NCBI GenBank assembly: GCA_050273025.1
Contig: CP158635.1
Coordinates: forward strand, 27,032,001 to 27,096,000
Length of the DNA stretch: 64,000 bases
Origin: Cenococcum geophilum
Taxonomy: Eukaryota
Direction of reading: 5' to 3'
Positions within the stretch are counted from its first letter, which is position 1. Every line of letters starts with the position of its first letter. Positions 50,081-62,526 of the stretch are shown here, in pieces. The position numbers were made by a program, and so were the translations under genes. The notes beneath the pieces were generated by a model. The model had not been told where the DNA came from. It saw only the letters and a list, made by a program, of their open reading frames with translations, and did no database searches.

Positions 50081-53000
50081 TGTGGGAGGGTACGACCACT
50101 CTCAGATAGGAAAGTCACAGTGCCGTCTATCTGTCTGTCGGTCGGTCGGTCGGTCGGTCGGTCGGTCGTCAGTCATAATCAATCAGTAGGAAAGCAGTCA
50201 GTAAGAAGAAAGGAAAGAATGTATTCCGGTAGGTCGTTATAGTAAGGAGAGAAGCCGAAGGCTCAATATATACAGGAAAATGCCAAGGCACTAAGTAGTG
50301 GCCCATTTTACCCCACCACATACCTCCCCCACCAAGAACGTTGTCCCCTAACGTTCTATACTATAGAAGAATAGCTAAACGAAAGTAAAGCAAAAGCAGA
50401 ATAGAAAAAGGAAAGCACACCCCTAAAAGAACTCAGATAACCCTATCCTCAGCTCTCCTATAGAACTGTTCTATAGTACCCCTCCGCTACCCATAGCTAA
50501 GATCTAACCTAGCAACTAGGACAGCAGTAAACTAGAAACAATAACGGTAGCAGCAATAGTAGCAACAGCAGTAATAGCAGTAACAGCAGCAACAGTAACG
50601 GTAGTAGCAATAGTAATACGGCAGACAGTTAGCGCGGTAGAATACTCGGTAGAAGAATTCGGTAACAGTTAGTAAACAGTAGGACATCCAGCAGCAGAAC
50701 TTTTAGTAGCAGAAATCTCGGTAGCGGCAGACGGTCGGTAGTAGTCAGTGAGAACAGTAGCAGTAGAACAATTGGAACAATAGAACGGAACAGGTCGGTC
50801 GGAACAGTTAGGCGTCATAGCAGATCCAGCAGATCCAGCAGTAAAATAGATCTGGTAACGGTACAGATCTAGAACAGTAGAGACAGAGCAATCGGTTGAG
50901 ACAGTAGGGACAGAACAGTCAGACGGAATAGTAGCAGCAGCGGCGGCGGTAGTAGGGCAGTCGATTAAGACGGCAGAGGCTATGACCCGACTCGGTGGTT
51001 CGGCTGGTCGTTTAATATTAAGGCTCTGTACCTAGCTCTGCATCGGTCTGCATCGTACACGGCTCTCAATCAAGGCTCTATCCGTGGCGTTGCATCAGGC
51101 CCTACATCGCCAAGCTTTACGTCCGCATAGCTCTGCATCTAACTGTGCGGCTAACTGTGCATCTGGCTGTGCATCAGTAGCTCTGCATTGCATAGTCTGC
51201 GTCTATATCTGCGTGGGTGCCTGCATGCCTGCTTTGACTGTCGGACAAAGACTGTCTAATTGGTTGGCAACGACGTGCTGCAACTAATCGTTCGGTCGTT
51301 CAATTAAGGTAGAAAGTCGGCCCGGTTAAAGGCTCTGACTGTCCTAATTTACGTACAGAGACGGCGTTCAGCTGATCTAGACTTAATGAGGCCCTGGCTT
51401 AACTTAAGGTATCTGCTACATGTACGACTGGGGCTTTATATTTATAGACAGTTGATTAAAGCTTCCGTGTAGACGTCCGATCGGTCAAGGCTTCGCATCT
51501 ATAGGCGTCTAGTCAAGCTGCCGTACTGTTATCTAATCAAGGCTCTGCACCTGTATGCTCCATATCCGTAGGGTCCATATACGACTCCGTGTGAGACTCC
51601 GTGTAAAGCTCCATATCTATATCTGCAGGAAAGATCGTTCTGGTTAACCAATCCATAGGCGTCGAGACGGGCAGCAATCGATTAATAAGGGGGGGGGACA
51701 GCCAAGGGAAGACGCTCTCGCAGAGGCTCCAAAACTTTAATTAACCGTGTTTCCGACGTGCTTTTGGCCGTATACTGATTTCCTAATTAGGTCTAGTGCC
51801 TGCGTGCCTGCAGTAATGCATCTTTAACTGCCAATCGAAGATGTCTGACGGCGACGGTAACTGATTCAATTTGACTGTGACAACGTACGATCAACGGACG
51901 TCCAAATAGGGTATTAGGTCGGCCCGACCGAAGGCTCTAATTTAACAACTTAACTTGTACAGGCGGCGTTCGACTGATCAGGATTTGACTAAGGCTCTGG
52001 CTTGACTTAAGGTGTCTTCTACTATACATACAATCGAGGCTCTGCATCCGTAGGTTCGGCATCTACGGACAATCAATTAAGACTCTGGCTGCACAGTCGT
52101 TCGGTTAAAGCCTTATATCTATGCAGTCGATTAAGGCTCCGCATCGTATAATTAGGGCTCTTAGTATCCACTAGACGTCCAATCTAGAGACCTATCTTAA
52201 GACTTCCTTATTTGCGAGCACTAACGGTAGCTTCCTCTGAACCACTATAGCAGGCCTAGTGCTTTTCTGGGACGTCCTTAATAGCTGCTTTCTTCTCTTT
52301 CTGGGCCGTTTTTGCACTTAGCTTCTTCGGCGCATCTTAGGCTGCTCCTTTACCCCCGCTACTAGCAGTACGCTCACGTGTCCTTAATCTTCTTTCAGCT
52401 TAAGAGCCTTCCAGGGGCTGTCTTCTGCTTCCAGTCTCTTTGTTATCCGGTGGCAGCTTCTCGGCTGTTGTGACTACCTCCGTCGCATATCCTTTGCCCT
52501 TGCGTCCATAATACAGTCCTTCATCAGACAACCTTTAAGGAAAAGCGCTGGCTCCTGTACGTCCAATTCCTGTTCCCCTTGTAAACCCTAACAAGGTCCT
52601 TTACTGGCTTGGCCAGATACGGCTTTGTCCTATCTTTGGTCGCATAAGGATGGCCTAAGCACGCGGTACTTTGTCACTGATATTATGCTACTACCTTTGT
52701 ATAAGTCCCTTCCTTATCGCGGTATCCGTTCTCGTTGTGTAGCCGGTATAGTACTGAATTCGGGTGGCAGGGCAGAGCTGCGATCAGCTGTCGTTTGAAT
52801 AAGGAACAAAGTCGGCCCGGTTAAAGGCTCTAATTTGACGACATTTGACTGATACGATTCAGTGACGGCGACGTGCTAATATCGAGGCTCTGGCTTGATT
52901 CGTTCCTTTAACTGACCGTAGCTTCTATGCGGTCATTCGAGACCAAGGCTTCCGTACAGTCGTTCGATCAAGGCTCCGCGTACAGCTCTGCATCTGGCTC

Positions 53001-56000
53001 TGCATCGTGCAATCAATTAAGGCTCTTAGTGCCGTTCTTGTCGTGCAGCTGGCGCATCATCGAATTCCAGGGGCGGTGTAGAGTTCTGCCGGTTCTACTA
53101 CTGAATGGACCAATTAGGATTTTCCGTGCCGGGCATAGAAAATCGCTATTGGCTCGGTGACAGGCGGTAAGCTAAACTAACATCTTTGCAGTAGGACGCG
53201 TTGACGCGTCGCGATTAAGAAAGTAAATAAGAAAGGAGCTTTAGGAAATATAGTAAATAAGCAGATAAATAGAAATCTTTTACCGGCCGTTACTTACGTC
53301 CCCTCCCCCACCTTAGAACTTGACTGTCCCCTAGTTAAAAATCCTATACCTACGGCGGAGCCTACTGCGGAGCCTACTGCGGTGCTTGCTACGGAGCCTA
53401 GTTGCATGGTTGTCTCTAAGGTTGCAGCCAAGGGTCGGATGATCCGTTTATAGGTACTACTTAATAATGGTTTTCCCTAGCTTTAGCTGCCTTATCCGTA
53501 GGCCGTGACCTAATCTAGATGTAATCTCCTGGTTGTATATTATTCTCCTGCGGCTTTATAGCTGTCCTAGTTGCACGGCTGTCTTTAAAGGTTAGGCGAT
53601 TCTAATAGTAGTCCCCCCAGTTTATACTTTTCTTATTACTAATCTTTAGCGCTGCTCCGTTATAGAAGGCCCGCTGCTACATCTATTTTTTCTTTAGTCT
53701 GTTTAGGTCTGCTCCTTAGTACGTATAGAGCTAGTTCTTAATACCTTTTAGTTGTCCTTTATTGCCGAGCCACGGGAGTATAGGTCTAGGCCAATCGCGT
53801 ATCCTAGCTATTAGTTTTCCTTAATCAAACAGATGCATAAATCCTTACTAAATAAGGTCCTTTAAGCCTTAATATTCGTGCTCGGTAAAATAGTAACTTC
53901 CTCCGCATCTAAAATAGGTCTATAGGCCTTGTCCTCGCGTACCCTATATATCCCATTACGGCCGTCTAAAGGCGGTAGAACCTTGCGGATATTAAGAGTC
54001 TTACGGAGGTCGACAGTCTTGCGGATATTAAAAATTATATAGATATTAAAAGTTTTACGGAGCAAAGGGAGCTCGGGTGCTGTTCTACCAGTCTTTATAT
54101 CCTAATACTAGGCCATATCCTTATGCTAGGCCTTAAGCTGCGGCTTAATTTAAAAGTGTTATAAGCTTCTTTAGGTCCTTCTATATTTAATTAAGAAACG
54201 GCATTAACTGTGTAGCTGCCGTAAGCTCCATCTTAGTTAATTTTAGGCTCCTTAGCTACCCTACCGTTTCGTCTATTTCCTGATCCGTTGTGGGTAACTG
54301 CTGCTGTATTAGGGCTCCTCCGTATATACCTGGCCTAGCTAGGTTAAGAAGTCTTCCTTCTCTCCTGCGGTCAAGCCCATCCCTTTACTGCCGTAGCTCC
54401 TATATAAGCTGGATATTTAGGGCGTCTTCTTCTAGAAGGACATCTATTCGCTTAGCGCCCTCTATAGCCACTATCCTTAACTCTATGGCCTCCTTTAGTC
54501 TCTTAAATATAAGGGTACTAGGCTCGTCTGCTATGGCCCCTGTCTTTTCTATTACGTGCTTATAGTAGTCAGTTAGGAGTCCTTATATAAACTATTACCC
54601 CTTCTCTTGCTTAGTAAGGTTTCCTACGGCTACTACTTTAGCTGAGATACTAGTAAAATCTTATATATAGTGACGCAGATTTCCTAGCTGCTCCGCTAAC
54701 TTCCTAACAAATGCCTTAACGAAGTCTCTTATCTCCATGCGTTGGTAGTAGTCCTTGGCTTAATATTTGGTCCTAAGCCTTCTTATAAGCTCCATCTAGT
54801 TACTAATTACAAACTTAGGTAGGCTTTGGATCCACATCCCTATCTAGTAATCGCAGTACTCCAGAAGGCCCTAGTGCTTCTCCTTGCTCGTAATATAATA
54901 TTGGGCGCATAGCCGTTCGTACTGCTCAATAAACTATAATACATTCTGTCCTGTAAAGTAAGAAGCTCTAGCAGTTCCTGGGGCTGGTATAGGCTAGACT
55001 ATAATGTAGACCTTGTCTTAAGCTGTTAACTGCTGGTTATGTACATCTAGCGCTTCCTTAGGAGCTTGTAGGTAGTCTTTACAGCTTATATCCTTCGTCT
55101 GCTAAGGGTTACTGGTCCTAGGTAGCTGTCCTGGTGTTAGTTTATACTTAGTAAAAGAAGTATAGGCTTCGGTTCCTTCTGGCTGCTTCTTAACGCCTAG
55201 AGGTCGGTCTTCCTAGGAGAGTATAGAATCGCCATCTTCTACTACTGCTGGGTCTCGATACGTCCGTCTGTTTTAGCCTGCCGTTACTCCGCGCGGTAGG
55301 GTGCTGCTAAGCCTTATGCTTTTGCCTATATCTACTTCTTTATGGAACGCCTCTATAGCCGCCGCTGACACGATCCGGATAACTTAAAAGAAGATAAAGC
55401 TAAGCCAGAATAGGAAGCTTTTGAGGGCAGATTTGATCTTATATGCTTGCGGCCTTTCTTAGTGTTCTCTCTTTTGTTCCTAAAGGGTAGCGCTAACTTC
55501 CTTCGCCGCCAAATACCTTAGATCTTATTAGCCTTTAGCTACTTGTTGTCTCTACATCTTTAATAAAGCTTTGGCTATGCTTGTGCGCGGGTAGTAGAAA
55601 TATCGGGTAATTCTGACCGGTTGAAGTCGTCTGATTGGCTCGCCTGTTCGCTGGATGTCCTTACACGTAACTTTTTAAGACCTTTGCCACTCCTTTTTGC
55701 TACTCTTTGGCCTGTGTGTTGAGTCTAATGTCTATCTTTTCTGCTGTCTTTTTGTTTAGGGACTACCTGGTTCCCCTTGCTGTCCGATACTGCCTGGTTT
55801 TTTGCTTTTGTCTCGTCTGTCTAGCTGGCGGTTCTTCTGCAGCTGGTCGTTCTTCTACAGCTAGCTGTTCTTCTGTAGCTGTAGTATATTCCTGCGTATC
55901 TCCTGTATATATAGTTGTGTATAGAGTGCCAGACTTCTAATCTAAAGAGCTTGCCGTCGTCCCTATGTGGAATGCTATAAAATATGTGGGAGGGTACGAC

Positions 56001-56224
56001 CACTTTTAGATAGGAAAGTCACAGTGCCGTCTGTCTGTCTGTCGGTTGGTCGGTCGGTCGGTCGGTCGGTCGTCAGTCGTAATTAATCAGTAGGAAAGCA
56101 GTTAGTAAGAAGAAAGGAAAGAATGTATTCCGGTAGGTCGTTATGGTGAGGAGAGAAGCCGAAGGCTCAATATATATAGGAAAATGCCAAGGCACTAAGT
56201 AGTGGCCCATTTTACCCCACCACA
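50081..56224 (-). mobile_element. Non-autonomous Gypsy-type LTR element encoding only Gag
   Basis: 240-bp LTRs at 50081-50320 and 55985-56224 (TGTGG…CCACA) containing a (GTCG)n tract. 4-bp TSD CTAT. Minus-strand PPT at 50323-50333. No RT or integrase motifs seen. Confidence 0.88.
53330..55320 (-). pseudogene. gag of the non-autonomous LTR element
   Basis: PAPGTAGASYFTGQNVSQFIEQYERLC (~54910-54990) and zinc knuckle CFGCGGSH…C followed by DLIQQGFMHL (~53830-53920), RIP reverted. Ends approximate. Confidence 0.7.
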
Positions 56225-56566
56225 CTATATCCGTAAGAGGTAAGGGGGAAGACGCGTAAGCGCGGTATGGGTAAATAGAGCTACCGAACACGTAAATATT
56301 AAAGGAGAAGGGAGAAGAGGGCTCTATATTATAGAATTAAAATTATAGTAGGCCTTTCTATATAAAATCAGAAGCCCTGCGCGAGCTAGGAGCTAGCGCG
56401 GGCATAAGGACAGGAGAGGGTTGGAAAATGGGATTATCGAGGCGACGATAAGGTCGAGGGCGCGCGCTAAGGACCTCTATACTAACCTAGTACTAACCTA
56501 GGCCTTAAAAACGCGTCTAAAAAGTAGGGGCCACTACCAAAAGGGGGGGGTGATATTTGGACGATA

Positions 56567-59500
56567 TGTCGCGGACCTTAGGGGGTTGTGCGTAACCTAA
56601 GGTTATGCCAAGCCTAACCCGGACCTCTAATACCTTTGTATACCTTGTATACTTTGTATATAGCTTAAATGAGTTAAAGATTAAGTCATAGACCCTACGG
56701 TCAAGCCTCTATATTTGTGTATATATTTCACCTAATTTCCATAGATTTATAATTAAGTCGTTTACTCAATTCTCCCACGCTATAAAGCTTACAGTTATAA
56801 GCCCGGATCGCACTACCTACTAAGCAATCAATCTACTACCTTATTTAAGAAGTTACTACTTCTATTACCTTTATAAGTGTCTTAAGCTTCTTTACCTATT
56901 AAACAAATAAACAGTTAACCTTAACCGATGTACCCAACCGATAAACGAACTGACGAATTAAATTAAGAGTTCGGAACGTTAAAATAAGGTTTCTGCTAAG
57001 CCACTAATTAGACCCTACCTAACCTGTTAAAATCCTAAAAATAACAACCACTAATAAATTAAAAATTAACGTTATCCTTAACTAGCCATCTAATTGGATT
57101 TAATAGTTCTTTATTATCTAAAACGCAGCTAAAACTATAAGCTTTGCAGTGTGTGGGAATTGGACGAGTAACTTAATTATAAATCTATGGAAATCAAGTG
57201 GTATATATACATGAAGAAGGCGTAGGAATAAGATAAAAGGGGAGACTAATATGTAGTCGAAACGGGGTAATATAAGATATACGAGGTATATAAGGGTAGT
57301 GCTGACGCTAGTGAACAGGGTAATATGCAAGGTCCGGTAGTCGGTTACAAAAACTAATAAGGTATGGCAGTATATCGACCTATCTAAAAAGAAAGATAAG
57401 CTTCTAAAGCTAGAACTACCGCATTAACCCGTACCAGCGGACGTACTTCCTAATACTATATTAATAGCTTAACTGGACCAAATTAAGCTTACTGCCTATA
57501 ATTAGCTCTATACTAAATATAAGGATAACCTCCAAGTATATTAGAAATAAGAATAGGCTATAAAAGATATTAGTAACTATATTATCCAATTAATATCGGT
57601 AGCCTACCTTCTACTTATTAACGGCCTTAACACGGTATACAAACGGCTTTAAGTATTAAAGACTGTATTAGCCCCTACCTCCTTAGGTTAAAAGCATAAC
57701 GTCCTTAATTAATATACGGCTCTAAGAGCCTATAATAAAAAGCAGAGCATTAGTAAATGGTTAAATAGCTAGCGGAACGTCTATAAACTTACGGAATAAT
57801 TAGAGCTACTAGATATATAGAGATTTAGGCCACACTACAATTTTATTTAAGCCATTAAGCCCATCTCTTTTAGCTTTGTAGGAGCCCTAGAAGTAGATCT
57901 TATTCGTAAAAAATAGAAGGACAAGGAAGCCTTATCTATTATTAATCTAATTAAGGAATTTAAGGAGCACTACCGTATGCAACAAGTATTATCTACTACC
58001 CCTACCAATAGCTCTGCATTTGCAACCCTTTAAAATAATTTAAATTCCAATTTAGATTCTAACAGCAATTCTAATTCTAACGGCAATTTTAATTCTAATT
58101 TAAGATAGAATAAGAAATGTGTATACGGCCTCGTATATTAATTTAATAACTGCTACTATATTACTGAGAAGAAGCGCCTATAAGGATAAAAGCCAAACCT
58201 AAACGTCTAGAAGGAAGTAGAAGAAAAGATTTTATCTACGCCTTAGATTAAACGCATAGTTAATTATATTTAAAAAGGAGGATAGAAAGCAAAAAAGGAC
58301 GTAGAATCTATAATTAATTTTAACTCTAAAACCCTACCTTCTATAACACTAACCAGCTATACTACCGTGTTTAGTACTGGTTAAATTCTATTTAAGCTCT
58401 AGAATATCTAGATACTTAACCCTAGTATAGATACCCACGTCTGCAATAATAAAGAAGACTTTACCTTCTTGTACCTAGTAGTAGAAGACGACTACCTAAT
58501 TACTGGTGAAAATTTTAAAAAGATTTAAGCTTATAGAATAGTAACTATTACTATTAATACACCTACTAGGAAGTTAAAATTGAAGCTATCCTATATAGCA
58601 CTAGTACCTACCTTATAAATATTGTAGCACTCTTAAGAGCTACTAATAATGACATCAATTTTGACTTAGGACAAAACTTACTATACCGTCTAGTAACTGG
58701 CGAAATAGTATACTATATAAGACGACTAGGGGGCCACTAGGCACTGATGCACAGAGAGCCTATAAATACCCTAGATTTAACACCTTAATTAACCTTCTTA
58801 ATAAGAAGATTCTAGCCTAGTTGTATGGCCCGTAAACTAGTTAGAGCTATAGCTACTAAATGGTATAAAATACTCGGCTATATAGGACCTAACGCTATTA
58901 AGCACGTTAATAGCGTAGAGCTAGCCGAAGAACAAGCACCGCTTAAAATTAAATGTGAAGTTTACTTATTAGTAAAGTATATATAGCAGATCTCTTAAAG
59001 ACGAGAACATAAATATCTAGCTACTTGACTATTTGAACGGATAGTATTTAATATTATTAACCTTAGAGTACCTAGATATAACGGCGATAGATACGCTATA
59101 TACTTCTATTATATATATTCTAAATTTAATTTTGTGTTTACCTTTAGAAATAAAAATAAAGCTACTATCCTACCTACTATCTAAAAGACTTACTGTTTAA
59201 TTAAAATATAATTCTACTAAGATGTTATCTTCTTCTGGAGCGATAATAAATAAGCTTTTGGATAAATAGGAGATACCTTATAGATATAGTGCGTAGATAA
59301 AGGCATTACTTTTAAATGCCGAGCCCCGTATATAGAAGAACAAAATAGCGGAGCTAAATAATCTAGACGAACCCTTATGGAATAATTAAGGGCTATGCAG
59401 CTAGAAGCATCCTTACCCCCGTCTTTAGGACTAGAAGCTTTCCTTACTACTAGCTACGCACTTAATTAAACCCTAAATAAGCAACTAGGATAGAAAACTC

Positions 59501-60207
59501 CGTATAAGATCGCCTATAGTAAGCCACTATTACTTACCTATATGCACGTATATAGCTATAAGACCTATACGCTGGATAAACAAGTTAAAAAGGGAGATAA
59601 GCTAGGTTCCTATACATTGATTAGACACCTAGTCGGCTATAATTTAACTAATATCTATTAAATCTAGATTCTAAGTCTCTATAAAGTTATTTAAACTAAA
59701 GACGTTATATTTAACAAGACCTCATTCTATAACCCTAAGGGTTAAGACATTAACTACCTGCTAAGGGAAGCATTAAAAGACACCCTCTAGACGATTAGTC
59801 TACTAGAACCTCTCTATAAAAATAAGTCTAAGGATAAATCTATTCTATATAGGCCTACCTTAAATATAGATTAAACGACTATACCTAAATCGAATAATTT
59901 GGCAGAGCTTCCTATAAAGGATACTAAAGTAGTTACTAACACTTAGTAGAATAGTATCTCTAAATCTACTAGAAACAAACACTACACTAGAAGGACTTTA
60001 AGATAATATCCTAAATATAATTAAAGCGATCCCTACCTAGCTAAGCTCCCTAGAACTATCTAATAGAGCAATTAATACAGCTCTATAAGCTAATGAAGTT
60101 TTAGCTAAACCTTCTACCGACCTTATCCTACTAGAAGGATTAAAAAGAAATTAATGTTAAGCGTATACGATAGCACTAGCCAATCTATCTACCCTATTTA
60201 GTTACTA
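56567..60207 (+). mobile_element. Ty1/Copia retrotransposon (5' LTR, gag, protease, integrase), RIP-mutated, interrupted before RT
   Basis: Probable LTR TGT…ACA at 56567-56793, followed by a Copia-type PBS-like GTTAT(G>A)AGCCC. WQYIDPS (~57365), WILDPGADTHVCN (~58409), WHKILGH…CEVC (~58861-58965), APYTEEQNGGAE (~59323). LTR start uncertain. Confidence 0.85.
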
Positions 60208-60759
60208 CATTAGGAAAAAATTTACTAGTATTTAATTTTACTTTTTTACCATTTTAGCATTTTCTAGCATTTCTAGCATTTCCTAGCATTTAGCTGCCAT
60301 ATTGGGAAAATATTCGCAGGATAAGATTTAAGTAGACTTTAGTTTTCGCGTTTCGCGTAATTAACATATAATTTAACTAACTCGACACGCAATTAACTAA
60401 CTTAACACGCAGTTAACCTACTTAATATATAATTTAACTAACTCAACACGCAGTTAACCTACTTAATATATAATTTAACTAACTTAACACGTAGTTAACC
60501 TACTTAATATATAATTTAACTAACTTAACACGCAGTTGACCTACTTAACATATAATTTAACTAACTTAACACGTAGTTGACCTACTTAATATATAATTTA
60601 ACTAACTCGATATACAGTTAACCTACTTAACAACTTTAAAAGCTAACTGTATATTTCTTAACGTGCGATTAAGGTAAAGTTATATACTATATATTTAACT
60701 ATTATATATAATCTTATACAATCTTATACAATCTTATATAATCTTATAGTCTTATTACT

Positions 60760-61166
60760 TGGAGGCTCTGCACAAGGCTCTACACGAAGCTCTGCGCATA
60801 GAGGCTCTACACGAAGCTCTACACGAAGCTCTGCGTATAGAGGCTCTGCACGAAGCTCTGCGCATAGAGGCTCTGCATAAAGCTCTGCACGAAGCTTCGC
60901 ATAAGGCTCTACACGAGGCTCTACACGAAGCTCTGCGTACAGAGGCTCTGCACGAAGCTCTGCACGAAGCTCTGCACGAGGCTCTGCGCGAAGCTCTGCA
61001 CGAAGCTCTGCACGAGGCTCTGCGCGAGGGTCTGCGCGAGGGTCTGCGCGAAGCTCTGCGTACAGAGGCTCTGCACGAGGCTCTGCGAGAAGCTCTGCGT
61101 ACAGAGGCTCTGCACGAGGCTCTGCGCGAAGCTCTGCGTACAGAGGCTCTACACGAAGCTCTGCAT
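60760..61166. repeat. 12-bp minisatellite ACGAAGCTCTGC (copy 2)
   Basis: Reverse complement of the 29097-29560 array, with a different unit composition. Confidence 0.93.
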
Positions 61167-61294
61167 CGGGTCCCCGCTATATTCCCGATAGCCTCTACAC
61201 GTGCCTCTACCCTATATAGCCACCTTATTTTTTACCCTTCCTTCCTTCTTTATATCCTCCCTACCTAGGGAGGCACTAGAACGGCAGCCAGCAG

Positions 61295-62030
61295 AGGACC
61301 GTTGCTAGAACTAGACGACCGTCGCCAGAACCAGATGACCGTTACCAGAACCAGACGACCATCGCCAGCCAGACGACCGTCGCCAGAACCAGACGACCGT
61401 TGCCAGAGCCAGACGATCGTCGCCAGAACCAGACGACCGTCGCCAGCCAGACGACCGTTACCAGAACCAGACGACCGTCGCCAGCCAGACGACCGTTACC
61501 AGAACCAGACGACCGTTGCCAGAGCCAGACGACCGTCGCTAGAACCAGACGACTGTCACCAGAACCAGACGACCGTCGCCAGAACCAGACGACTGTCGCC
61601 AGAACCAGACGACCGTTACCAGAACCAGACGACCGTTGCCAGAGCCAGACGACCGTCGCCAGAACCAGACGACCGTTGCCAGAGCCAGACGACCGTCGCC
61701 AGAACCAGACGACCGTCGCCAGCCAGACGACCGTTACCAGAACCAGACGACCGTTGCCAGAGCCAGACGATCGTCGCCAGAACCAGACGACCGTCGCCAG
61801 CCAGACGACCGTTACCAGAACCAGACGACCGTCGCCAGAACCAGACAACTGTCGCCAGAACCAGACGACCGTCGCCAGCCAGACGACCGTTACCAGAACC
61901 AGACGACCGTCGCCAGAACCAGACGACCGTTACTAGAACTAGACGACCGTTGCCAGAGCTAGACGACCGTCGCCAGAACCAGACGACCGTCGCCAGAACC
62001 AGACAACTGTCGCTAGAGCTAGAAAACAAC
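61295..62030. repeat. 20/18-bp minisatellite AGACGACCGTCGCCAGAACC (copy 2), ~37 units
   Basis: Reverse complement of the 28333-28967 array. Confidence 0.95.
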
Positions 62031-62526
62031 GACTAGCCAGCCAACACTATAAACAATTCGATCGATCGATCGAATTAAGGTAGTATAGACAGGTAGGCAC
62101 AAACAGGTAGATACTGACGGGTAGGTAGATATAGATAGGTAGGTAAATATAGACAGGTAAGTAGATATAGATAGGTAGGTAGATATAGATAGGTAAGTAG
62201 ATATAGATAGGTAAGTAGATGTAGATAGGTAAGTAGATGCTAATAGGTAGGCAAATATAGATAGGTAGGTAGATATAGATAAGTAGATATAAATAGGTAG
62301 GTAAATATAGATAGGTAAGCAGATATAGATAGGTAGGTAAATACTAACAGGTAGGTAAATATAGATAGGTAGGTAGATATAGATAGGTAAGTAAATGCAG
62401 ATAGGTAGATATAGATAGGTAGGCGATGCAAATAGGTAGGCGATACAGGTAGGTAGATAAGTTAATAGGTAGATAAATAGAAGAGAACCATTACTATATT
62501 ATATTAAATTATCTAAAATAATAATA

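Noticed and set aside
56541..56566. G-run as a PPT implying tandem Copia elements sharing one LTR
   Set aside because: No Copia RNase H sequence lies upstream, and the LTR more plausibly starts at TGT 56567. Unresolved without a second LTR.
60759..62431. Repetitive ORFs (EALH…, RRQNQTT…)
   Set aside because: Same artefact in the inverted copy of the element.
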